Positions 52,858-62,931 are shown, counted from the stretch's first letter. The stretch is DNA of 62,931 nucleotides from Candidatus Moanibacter sp. (GCA_965215885.1 CBDCEW010000012.1:1-62931); one strand, 5' to 3'. Made by a program: numbers and translations. The notes: generated from the letters alone by a model not told the origin.

Positions 52858-54086
52858 ATGTATCACAGAATACTACAAAAGCCTCTAGATATTGGCAAGC
52901 TTCTGGAGCGGGCGCAGATTTTTTTCATGATCGGGGTTTCACGAAAAGGTCCCCGCGGTACCGGAAAAACGACTTGGCTGAAGGAACGGTTGTCTGGTTC
53001 CAACTACATCGATCTTGCTGCGCAGCGATCTTTATCGCTCCGCACTGACTTGCTGGCCCGATCCGGAGAGGCTCGCCGACATGAATCGTGGAGAAAAAAG
53101 CACCACGGGATGAGTATGCCCTACGACCGGTGGGTTGTTATCGACGAGGTGCAGAGGGTACCGGAAAAACGACTTGGCCAGCAATTCTGAACGAAGTGCA
53201 TCGGCTTATCGAAGAGCGGGGAATAAGATTCCTGCTGACGGGATCGAGCGCTCGGTCACTGCGGCGTGGCGGAGTCAACCTCCTGGGAGGCAGGGCCTTG
53301 ACATTCCAAATGTACCCACTCATCGCGGAAGAGTTGGCGAAAGATTTCAATCTTGAGAGATCCCTTCTCTTTGGTCATCTGCCGTCGGTCTTCGGGGACA
53401 ACCATGAGCGTGAATATCTTTCCTCCTACGTCTCTTCCTATCTGAGAGAGGAGGTGTTGCAGGAGGGTTTGACGAGAAATATTGGAGTATTCTCTCGATT
53501 TCTGGAAACCGCAAGTTTCTCGCAAGGCTCGGTGTTGAACATGGCCGAGATCGCCCGGGAAACAGGTACAGAGAGAAAGACGGTGAGCAATTATTTCACG
53601 ATTCTGGAAGATCTCCTGCTTGCGTTCCGGTTGCCTGTATTCCGGAAACGCGCGAAACGCCGCCTCACAGTCCATCGGAGATTTTACTTTTTTGACGCGG
53701 GGGTATATCGTTCAATCCGTCCAGCCGGGCCCTTGGATGCGCCTGAGGAGATTGCGGGTGTGGCACTGGAGACGCTATGCCACCAGGAACTGCGGGCGGT
53801 GAATGATTACCACCAACTTGGTTACGACCTTTATTTTTGGCGCACCTCCTCGGGGCTTGAGGTCGATTTTGTCCTCTACGGTCCGCGGGGCATTCTTGCT
53901 ATCGAGGTTAAGCACGCACGACGGATATCGGCAAGAGATCTATCCGCCCTGAAAGCGTTTGGAAGAGATTACCCGGAAGCCCGGATGTTCCTGATATACA
54001 TGGGTGAACGGGAAGAATCGAGGCAGGGAATTCGGATCATACCTGCATGGTCGGCCATTCCGTCGTTTGGGAAAATCTTGGTATAA
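52858..54086 (+). pseudogene. AAA_14-DUF4143 ATPase frameshifted by a templated insertion at ~53163
   Basis: GPRGTGKT..VIDEVQR in ORF1; LNEVHR..GSSAR..FYFFDAG..EVDF..IEVK in ORF2. Confidence 0.85.
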
Positions 54087-54159
54087 TACGATGAAATTCC
54101 TAGCCACCGCGAAATATGCTTGTAATTTAGAATCTAAACTTCTAAATAACGAGGTATTT

Positions 54160-55332
54160 ATGTTGCGACGGATTGCTGAAAACAGACTGATGCCTCTTTG
54201 GAGTGCATTTCCGGCAGTATTGGTGCTGGGAGCGAGACAGGTGGGCAAGACGACATTGGCTCGTGCGGTCCTACCTGAAGCCTTATATTGTGACTTGGAA
54301 GAACCCGGCACACGGGAGCTTTTTTCGGAGGATCCAACCTATCAGATCGAAAGTAGAGAAGAACGGGGAGGGGAACGGGCGCTGATTCTGGATGAGGCGC
54401 AGGCGGTCCCTGAAGTTTTCTCGGCGTTGCGTGGAATCATCGATCGCGAACGAAGTCGAAACGGTCGATTTCTTCTGATGGGATCGGCTCAGCCATCGCT
54501 GGTTCGTGGAATTTCGGAGACCCTCACGGGACGAGTGGGGGTAATAACTCTGGATCCGTTGACTGCGATTGAAGTTTCCTCCGGAAATAAGGAAATGGAC
54601 TACCGGATCCTCTGGCTCAGAGGCGGTTTCCCGGATGCTCTTCGAGGAGACTTTCGAACTTGGTGGGAATCGTATTTGAGCACGTTTCTTGAAAGGGACT
54701 TACCGTATCTGGGAGTTTCGGCGGATCCGCTTCTCGCACGGCGGCTGTTGACTTATCTGGCCCATGCCCAGGGAGGACTCTTCAACGCCTCCGAGGTGGG
54801 ACGTAATCTTGGGGTCTCCTATCATACGATTCACCGCTATATCAGCATCTTCGAGCGGACTTTTCTTGTTCGTCGGTTGCCTCCATACTTCCGGAACATA
54901 GGGAAGCGTCTTGTGCGTTCACCCAAGATTTACCTTCGCGACACTGGTTTACTCCATCACCTGTTGAATGTCTCGAGTATCGAGGAACTGGAGAGCCACC
55001 CTAAACGGGGTGCCAGCTGGGAGACCTTCGTTCTCGAGGATTTGCTTCGGCGAGAAAGTGTCGCCTATCCACACAGCCAACCCTACTTCTGGCGGACTGC
55101 TGCTGGTGCCGAGATCGACCTACTTTTGGAGCGAGGTCAGGAGCTCTTTGGAGTAGAGCTCAAAGTTGGTCGCGGTAGTAAGGCGGGTGTGGGGAAGAGG
55201 GTAGGCGAAGTCGTTGGCGATGTGGGTGCCAATGCAGGTTGGATCCTGGACCAGTCAAAAGAGGAAGTCCCCCTTGCTTCCGGTGTGGTCTGTCGAGGTT
55301 ATCCCATAGATTTCTCCTGGTTGCCGAAATAG
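54160..55332 (+). CDS. AAA_14-DUF4143 ATPase
   Basis: GARQVGKTT, LDEAQ, PKIYLRDTGL, EIDL..VELK; gagg RBS. Confidence 0.92.
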   Translation: MLRRIAENRLMPLWSAFPAVLVLGARQVGKTTLARAVLPEALYCDLEEPGTRELFSEDPTYQIESREERGGERALILDEAQAVPEVFSALRGIIDRERSRNGRFLLMGSAQPSLVRGISETLTGRVGVITLDPLTAIEVSSGNKEMDYRILWLRGGFPDALRGDFRTWWESYLSTFLERDLPYLGVSADPLLARRLLTYLAHAQGGLFNASEVGRNLGVSYHTIHRYISIFERTFLVRRLPPYFRNIGKRLVRSPKIYLRDTGLLHHLLNVSSIEELESHPKRGASWETFVLEDLLRRESVAYPHSQPYFWRTAAGAEIDLLLERGQELFGVELKVGRGSKAGVGKRVGEVVGDVGANAGWILDQSKEEVPLASGVVCRGYPIDFSWLPK

Positions 55333-55349
55333 ATCGACGGTATCCCTCT

Positions 55350-55658
55350 TTCGAATTTAGATCACGATTATGATCACGACGGAAGATTGAATCGGTTCCC
55401 TCTCTCCCATCGTGGCTCTCAATCGTGCTCTGTAGTCGATCTTCTGTTCTTTCGAATTTAGATTACGATTATGATTCACGACGGGAAGATCGAACTGATA
55501 TCCCACTCCCATCGTGGCTCTCAATCGTGATCTCCTGTCGATCTTTCTTCTTTTCGAATTTAGATCACGATTATGATCACGACGGGAAGATCGAACAGGT
55601 TCCCACTCTCCGCGTCTCTCCAATTCCCCTCTCCCATCGTGCCTCACAATCGTGATCT
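55350..55658. repeat. ~102-bp degenerate tandem repeat x3, with further copies at 56317-56485
   Basis: Units begin ttcgaatttagatcacgattatgatcacgacgg at 55350, 55451 and 55553. Confidence 0.9.
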
Positions 55659-56505
55659 AATTTCGATATTCGCCTCTCTGTCGTCAACTTTGTCCAATCG
55701 GAAGCAGCGAAGCATCCTCGCAGTTCGTCGTCGTAATCGTAGTCGATGGTCGATTGCGATTAATCCTAGGAAGTTTACGACTACGGACGCTTTGTCATTG
55801 CGAGGAAGAATGACGAAGCAATCCAGACATCTGCCCTGAATCCGCCGAGCAGAATGAGGTTTTCGTCAAGGATTTCCGAGACGATCCGACGAAATTCTCC
55901 CGAATTCCGCTACGAGGAAAAGTGCCGTGCCATGATCTCCCTCAACCGAAGAAGCTATTCGCTATTATTTGAGATTTCCCCACGGTTGGCTTTCCCCCGT
56001 CGTCTAAGTGCTTCCGCCTTCTCTGGACATTCGGCGCGACAAGATGGGGAACAGGCCGCCACGTACCACTGCGTCTGCCGGTGACCGCAAGTCCCAAGGT
56101 CGAATAAAGACTCAGATGGGATTTCTTCCTTCATCCATCGACCATCTTGAGGAACAGTGGGATGGCTAATGCATCCGTGGGCGGAATGGGCATCCTCCCT
56201 ATCGACAGAGTTTGGGAAGGAGGTTCGACGGTGGGTGCAGTGACCTTCAGATCTTTGTCGCCAACTTCGTCGCAAACCTTGTCCCGAACCTTGTCGAATC
56301 GATTTTGACGGAGAACACGATTATGAACCACGACAGGAAGATCAAACCGGTCCCGCTCACTCATCGTGCATCTCAATCCATTCGACGGGACGGGCTCATG
56401 GCAGGCCGTGATCTCCAGTCGATCTTCTCCTTCTTTTGAATTTAGATCACGATTATGATCACGACGGGAAGATTGAACCTATTTCCCGCTCTTTTCACGG
56501 TTGCT

Positions 56506-56620
56506 TTAGTCCGGAAATCTCACTACCGATCCCGCATCTGCGGGAGACATCTTGCAATTTCCGGACTAACTCGAAGATAAGAAGATGTCGCTGCGTTCGG
56601 TAGTGAAATCTTCGAGTTAG
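56506..56620. repeat. Two abutting mini inverted-repeat elements
   Basis: ttagtccggaaat..atttccggactaa and ctaactcgaagat..atcttcgagttag; their interiors are inverse-related. Confidence 0.7.
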
Positions 56621-56997
56621 CCGGAGTGCTTTCGTAGATAGTCTGCAAAAGCCTCCTCACTCATTTCTCCGGCTGCCAGGGCGAGGACGACTTCCACAGC
56701 TTCCATTTCTGTCATGGTAATCTGAATACCGTTTAATCCAAGAAACACATACGCACAGATGAATGCCAAACGCTTGTTGCCATCGTTAAACGGGTGGTTC
56801 TTCGCAATCCCGTAGGCATAGGCAGCAGCCAAGGCCGCCATGTCGGGCTTTTCGTACGCAAAAAGGTTGAGCGGACGCCCTAAAGCGCTTTCTAGAGCGT
56901 TCACGTCCCGAATGCCGGCCAAGCCTCCATGCTCGCGAAGTTGCTCCTCATGAAAGGCCAGTACCTGATCGCGCGTGAGCCAGACAGGAGCGCTCAT
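56617..56997 (-). CDS. doc: Doc (death-on-curing) toxin
   Basis: GIRD..LESAL.RP, HPFNDGNKR. Confidence 0.93.
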   Translation of the reverse strand: MSAPVWLTRDQVLAFHEEQLREHGGLAGIRDVNALESALGRPLNLFAYEKPDMAALAAAYAYGIAKNHPFNDGNKRLAFICAYVFLGLNGIQITMTEMEAVEVVLALAAGEMSEEAFADYLRKHSG

Positions 56998-57221
56998 TCA
57001 GAGAGCTTCTTGAGCGCATTCCTGTAACGGTTGGCCCCTTCGCGATAAAGCTTCATCGCTCTTTCAAAGTTGGGATCGTGCGCGACAACACGGTAGCCTT
57101 CCGGCCCTTGTGTCAGGTAAAGAGTGTCTCCTTCCCGGATGTTGAGCTGGCTGACAACCTCCTTGGGCAGGATGACCCCAAGAGAATTGCCAACTGAACG
57201 GAGCTTAAGAGTATGACTCAT
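56994..57221 (-). CDS. AbrB/MazE-fold antitoxin
   Basis: VGNSLGVILPKE..EGDTL..YRNALKKL. Confidence 0.9.
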   Translation of the reverse strand: MSHTLKLRSVGNSLGVILPKEVVSQLNIREGDTLYLTQGPEGYRVVAHDPNFERAMKLYREGANRYRNALKKLSE

Positions 57222-57235
57222 AATATTCTGAACAT

Positions 57236-58556
57236 CACTACTGTCCGGTTGTTTTTCTAGGAACGCAGGTTAATCGATTGATAACCAACATTTTACATAT
57301 GATTTCTGCTGTTTTCGACTTGAAATTGCAAAAAGCCTTGTGGACTCTGAAAAATTTCGAGGGTCCAAATCATGTATACAGGTCGATTCGTTTTTTCTCA
57401 AATCATAGATTATCTTCCGCGCCATCAGTTCCATCGTTGCGTCCAACGCTACGGAGGCGCCTACAAAGTTCAAAAGTTCAGTTGCTTCGAACAATTTCTC
57501 TGCATGGGTTTTGCCGAGTTGACCTACCGGGAGAGTCTGCGCGACACCGAAACCTGCCTGCGGGCAGTACAACCAAAACTATACCACGCAGGGCTTCGAA
57601 GCGGAGTATCCAAAAGCACGCTCGCCGATGCCAACGAGAAACGAGACTGGCGCATCTACGCCGACTTTGCACAGGTCCTCATCGCAATGGCTCGTCCTTT
57701 GTATTCAAACGAGGATCTGGGCATCGACCTGGACAATACGCTCTACGCTCTGGACTCCACCACGATCGATCTATGTCTATCACTCTTCCCGTGGGCACGT
57801 TTCCGCAAGCACAAGGGGGCGGTGAAGGTCCATACGCTTCTCGATCTCAGAGGCTCTATCCCTTATTTTATCGAGATTACCGATGGAAAAGTTCACGACG
57901 TAAACATTCTGGATCTCATCATCCCCGAGGCCGGTGCTTACTATGTAATGGACCGAGCCTATCTGCATTACGAGCGCCTCTATCGGATCGCACAATGCGG
58001 TTCTTTCTTCGTCACACGCGCCCGCCGCGGCTTTCAGTTTCGCCGCCTCTACTCTCAAAAGGTCGACAAATCAACCGGTCTGCGTTCGGACCAGACCGTT
58101 GCCCTGGTCAGCTTCTATCCTGCCAAGGCCTACCCCGAAAGACTCCGGCGTATCACTTACCTCGACCCCGACAGTTCCGAGCGCTTCGTGTTTCTCACCA
58201 ACCAGTTTGCCCTCCCAGCCATAATCATCACCCAGATTTACCGTTTACGCTGGCAGATCGAATTGTTCTTCAAATGGATCAAACAGCACTTGCGCAGGGC
58301 AAGAGCTTTTTCGGCACCTCCGAGAATGCTGTGAAGACTCAAATCTGGATTGCCGTCAGCGTCTATGTGCTCATCGCCATCATCCGCAAACGCCTTCGCC
58401 TGGAGATCAGTTTGCACAAAATCCTACAGATTCTCAGCTTCACCCTATTTGAGAAAACTCCTATGACTGAACTACTTACAGAAACCGATTACACTTTCAA
58501 TGAACACCGCATTCCTAAACAGTTGGAGTTGTTTGACTTATAACCGGACAGTACTA
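57236..58556 (+). mobile_element. IS4-family element; transposase (57372-58543) frameshifted at ~58296
   Basis: Near-identical to 50094-51412 in inverted orientation; +2 change cgcagggcaag vs cgcatcaag; imperfect target duplication ttctgaacat / ttctaacat. Confidence 0.92.
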
Positions 58557-59031
58557 TTCTAACATAAATTATAACTCCCTGCCTGATGTCAAGTTGGAAA
58601 TTCGAAGACATGGGAAACGATTGCCCGCTAAACACGCGAAAGAACGCGAAACTTAGGCAGGTGAACGTCTTCAGTGAGCTCAACTTTCACGAAGCAAATG
58701 GGCCAATGGCAGCTTCCAAGCGGGGAAAAGAAGTGAGATGAGGGTATCGTTCGGAGATAACACGGCCGGTTCTTCGTCCCTGGAGAACCGGTCGGCCCAA
58801 TGTCTTGGTAGCGACAATTGCTTCGTCTCTGGATCGAAGGGCCTCACCGAGGACTGACTCGCTGCGCGTCTCCTGATATTGATCGGAGGTGTCGAAGAGA
58901 TTAACGCCCAGATCGAGCGCTCGGTGAACGAGGCCGACCCAGTGGGACCAGGAATGGATCTTTTCTCCAAGGCGATTGCAACCGAGGCTGATGTCGGAAA
59001 CCCTGTATCCCGTACTTCCAAGGTCGCGATA

Positions 59032-60925
59032 CAGGGTAAAAGGATTCCAGGAAGCAACTAGCTGATAAGCAAGAAGATAAAAAAAGAGCTAAACAAACCC
59101 GAGGGAATCAGTCATGTTAAGATGGGATGAAAGACAAAAAATCTTACCAACTGAATCCTTCGATAGATCGTTTAACTCTGCGTCTGGTCCTGCCCGAAGA
59201 GCAGGAGCGATTCAATGATCTATTGAAACAACATCATTATTTACACAGTGCGGGCAGCGCAGGAGAGACCCTGCGCTATGTGGCGCAGATCGACGGGCAA
59301 TGGATGGGCCTGCTCTTGTGGGGGGCCGCATCCTACCGGCTGAAGGATCGAGACGAATGGATCGGGTGGGACGGGGCGCAACGGCATGCACGATTGAAAC
59401 TGGTAGTACAGAACCGGCGTTTTCTGATTTTGCCCTGGGTGGATCTTGCAAATTTGGCCTCCAAGACGTTGGGTATGTGCCTGAGAGTCTTAGCCGATCA
59501 CTGGCAGGAGGCTTTTGGCTATCGTCCCTTAGTAGCGGAAACGTTCGTGGACCCACAGATTCACCGGGGCACTTGCTACGAAGCGAGCGGGTGGACGCCC
59601 TTGGGCTTGAGCGCGGGATATGGCCGCCAACGCGAAGATTTCTATCAACGCCATGAGCGTCCCAAGCAGATCTGGGTCAAACCCCTCAAGGCTAATGCCC
59701 TTGAGCTTTTGCGCGCTTCAGGGCCATTGCCCGCGGCACAGAGCCAGGCGCTCAATGAAACCGATAACTCCCATGCGGTCTGCCTCAAAGTGGAACAGAT
59801 GAGCAGCCTGTGGGAACGCTTCAATCAGATAGAAGACTTCCGTCGTAAAGCGGGCCTTAGATATCGGCTCGCCACGGTCCTGAGCATGATTGTGCTCGGC
59901 ACGATGTGCGGCAAACAGACCCTCAAGGGCATCGTGCGCCTGGCCCATCATCTCAATCAAGCCCAATTGCGCGCCTTACGCTCCTGGAAAAACCCCAAAA
60001 CAGGCCGCTATAAGGCCCCTTGCTATGATGTCTTCTATCGGGTCTTGCAAAACGTAAAGGCCGAGCTCTTCGATAAAACCCTCACCGAATTCATCTGCTT
60101 ACAAGACGGCTGTTTGCCCCGCGATATTGCCGTCGACGGCAAGACCCTCAAAGGCACAAACACCGAAGAATCAAAGGCTCTGCACCTGGTGGCCGCAGTC
60201 GATCACCAAAGCGCTCAAACCTTAGCCCAAGTCGCTACCGCCGATAAATCCAACGAGATCACCGCCGCCCAGACTCTCTTGCGAAAGATGCCCATTTTGG
60301 ACGGCTCCACCTTCACCTTCGACGCCATGCATAATCAAAAAGAAACTGCCCACATCGTCGTCGAAGAACTCAGTGCTGACTATGTTATTCAAATTAAAGA
60401 CAATCAGCCCAACATGCATCAATACGCTCAGAATCTCTTCAGCTCCACCCCCTTTTTCTCCACCAAACCGTGGACAATGACCATGGGCGACTCGAAATAC
60501 GTCAAATAGCAACCCATTCTCTAAGCGCTCCCTCTGCCGGCCTGCCCCATGCCCGCCAGTTCGCCTGTGTGCAACGCACCTTCCATTATCCAAACAAAGC
60601 TGAACCTTCCTCTGAACGCTCTTACTACGTAAGCAGTCTCGATCCCGCCGATTTGAGCCCTCAACAGTTCCTCTCGAAAATTCGCAACCATTGCTCGATC
60701 GAAAATAAAAATCATTACCCCAGGGATCGCTTCTTCGATGAAGATCGATGTATGATCCGTAATCATAACGCAGCCAGAATTCTTGCTGCATGCAGGCAAC
60801 TGGTTCTCAGCCTCAAGTCTTCCATGGGCGCTGAATCCACTCCCGCACTCTGTGATGATTTCGTCTTTAACTTACATAAGGCCATCAATATCATCACCTA
60901 ATGCTCCGAGAATCAAAATACCGTG
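59032..60925 (+). mobile_element. ISAs1-family element carrying DUF4338
   Basis: 10-bp target duplication ggtcgcgata (59022-59031, 60926-60935); imperfect TIRs cagggta..gattc / cacggta..gattc. Confidence 0.9.
59127..60901 (+). CDS. DUF4338-ISAs1 transposase in two overlapping frames (59127-60509, 60470-60901; -1 shift)
   Basis: HHYL..RDEWIGW..NRRFLILP..ETFVD; AVDGKTL, KSNEI, DAMH; then HGRLE..IEN.NH..D..FDED. Confidence 0.85.
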
Positions 60926-61169
60926 GGTCGCGATAGTGCATTTATCTTTTGATAGTGCCTCGATCCAGACCTCTGACTAAGACACGCATGGCGAAGGTGA
61001 AGATGATAGTGAGGAAAATGGAGGCGATGCTGCTCAATCGGCCAACGTATTTATCCAATTGAGTCCGGAAAAACGAGCGAAATCCGTCTCACTCGAACAG
61101 GTTCCATTCGCTTCGTGGATCGACGTCCTCGACCTCTACCAAATCAACTTGGCGGCTGGGCAGATTTAG

Positions 61170-61700
61170 ACTCTGCTGGAGATACACAAGCTGGCCTGGT
61201 TCCTGGACCGGGAGATCCGTCGACATAACCTGCCCGATGTGCTCGACCTTCAATTCCGAGCGAACCGTTATGGTCCGTATTCCCAGCGACTGAATCACTT
61301 ATTGAATGCCCTCGATGGAAGTTACTTGCGATGCGACAAGCGGATCAGTGATTGCGGCCCGAAGGACACGATTGCCTTCGCGGACTCGAAGGCAGATGTC
61401 GTGGCCACCTTCATGGGCACGGGCGAAGCCAGAGCATACCGCGTAGTTCTCGACCAGACCGACGCTTTGATTGATGGATTTCAGTCGCCCCTGGGTATGG
61501 AGTTGCTGGCCACCGTGGATTGGCTACTCCGCCGGAAAGGTTGCGCCGCCGAGGTGTCCGCCTTGCATTGTGCGTTGGCGCGATGGCCAGGCGGTAAAGA
61601 TGCAGGAGCAAGGAAAACCAGAATCTTCAACGAACGTCTGTTGCGATTAGCATTGGATCGTTTAAAAAGCTCCGAACAGCGCGAGTGTGCGGTGTCCTGA
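61170..61700 (+). pseudogene. DarG-like (macro-domain antitoxin) C-terminal fragment
   Basis: LLEIHKLAWFL..YGPYS..L.HLL..LDG..IDGFQSPLGMELLATVDW; macro domain missing. Confidence 0.7.
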
Positions 61701-61711
61701 ACGAATCCGGC

Positions 61712-62434
61712 TCATTTTTCATCTTCATCCTCCGTGTCGTCCTCAAACCCTCCATCTTCCCAGATTTCGTCGAGACCCTCCGGATCGTCGGTTCCGAAGA
61801 CAGTATGATAACCGTCCTCTCCGCATGCATCCTTCAGCTTCGCCATGATTCGCCGGATCTTTCCTGGAGAATCATAGGGCCCGGCGACGAAGAGCGGCTT
61901 GCCGTCCCTGCCGAAGACGAATGATTCTCTGCACTCATCGGTGTCGATATCACCGAAGATGGCCTCGGCGTCGCGGAAATCCCGGTGCGGGTTGAATCCG
62001 AGATCCCTGGCGTAAGCGATTGCGTCTTCCACGAGTTTACGGGCACGGGCCGGATCGTCGCGGGGCAGTCCATGTAGGCCGGCGGCCCGGTCGATGTAAT
62101 CGTTGAAGTCCTCCCTCGACACAATATTGAAGTCGGCATCCTTCACTCCCAGACAAAAGGCGTCGACGAGGAACATTCCAAATGCGATCCGCCCGTTGGG
62201 CAGTTTACGCGCGATCACGACCGATCCCAGACCCTCCTGAAAGATCGTCGGGGAGACGAATGCTCCATATATCTCGGCGGGGCCTACCGCACTTCTGGAT
62301 ACCCCCTGGAAAATGTCCCGGCGGGCGCCATTATGCTGCAGCGCTTTGCGGCTTTTCCGCGCTGCCCGGTGGGCATCTTTCTTGACACGGGTATTCGCCA
62401 GCCTTTTTTTCTTCTGCTTTTTCCGTTTTGGCAT
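61712..62434 (-). CDS. Hypothetical protein
   Basis: Basic N-terminus, FLVDAFCLGVKDA, FGRDGKPLFVAGPYD, acidic tail. Confidence 0.75.
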   Translation of the reverse strand: MPKRKKQKKKRLANTRVKKDAHRAARKSRKALQHNGARRDIFQGVSRSAVGPAEIYGAFVSPTIFQEGLGSVVIARKLPNGRIAFGMFLVDAFCLGVKDADFNIVSREDFNDYIDRAAGLHGLPRDDPARARKLVEDAIAYARDLGFNPHRDFRDAEAIFGDIDTDECRESFVFGRDGKPLFVAGPYDSPGKIRRIMAKLKDACGEDGYHTVFGTDDPEGLDEIWEDGGFEDDTEDEDEK

Positions 62435-62931
62435 GACCCGAGTCGCTGGGATCGATTCTTTCGCCCGTGTTGGGCGAGGTCAATTTTGAAGTGTGGATAT
62501 GATTGATTTTACGGCGCGCGGGGCATTCATAATCGGCGAATTTTCATGACAGCTCCGAGGGCAAGCCCGGTTCGATCTGAGCTGGATGTACGAGAACTCG
62601 AAGATTTTTGCCCGCTAAACACGCGAAAAAACGCGAAATTTAGGCAGGTAGGTATACTGGTGAGTTTTGGGGTCGAGACCTCCCGACCATTGTCGTAAAC
62701 TTCGTCGTAAGCTTTGTCGAAGTCCTCTTAAAGAGAGATGCATTTGGGAAGATCCGATATGGACTAAACGAGTTCAAGACCGGCGATTGCAAATATGCAC
62801 TCCACCAATTCGATTCGCTGCTCGCGGGGAAGAGCCATCCGGAAAAGTAACGTTGATTGAAAAAAATAGGTACTTGATCCCAATGACGAAGGGTATAGAT
62901 TTTATACCTTTATGCAATTCGAATTCGATCC

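Larger units (their letters stand above)
58790..60941 (-). pseudogene. Aldo/keto reductase 5' fragment split by ISAs1 (ATG at 60941)
   Basis: Removing the IS restores MHYRDLGSTGYRVSDISLGC..GVNLFDTSDQY..SESVLGEAL..IVATK. Confidence 0.8.

Noticed and set aside
55350..55658. CRISPR array
   Set aside because: Whole ~102-bp units are homologous, with no unique spacers, and no cas genes are present
59127..60509. Druantia defence system
   Set aside because: DUF4338 lies inside an IS with a TSD; no DruE helicase or other dru genes

Overview
This ~63 kb, GC-rich bacterial window is probably from Verrucomicrobiota/Opitutae, inferred from the C-terminal domain style of the first protein. It is a highly plastic accessory region. 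Single catabolic genes (SDRs, sulfatases, aldolases, PhyH, FAH, sialidase-like, ADH) alternate with about ten toxin-antitoxin or defence-like modules: MazEF, several VapBC, AbiE, MntA/HepT, HigBA, AbrB-Doc, Fic, a DarG remnant and three AAA-DUF4143 ATPases. It also holds a tRNA-Leu(CAG), ISL3, IS4 and DUF4338-ISAs1 elements, many REP/MITE-like repeats and many truncated or internally deleted gene remnants. Highlights: (1) an ECF sigma factor fused to a degenerate F1-ATPase beta-like domain; (2) a split UxxC peroxiredoxin-like selenoprotein with a SECIS-like hairpin; (3) recurrent short diverged copies of neighbouring genes at module junctions; (4) a four-fold 23-bp-period repeat array before a large Fic gene; (5) a 20.1-22.5 kb segment best explained as a consensus chimera of two IS-insertion alleles. 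All family calls come from motif recognition by eye; no searches were run.
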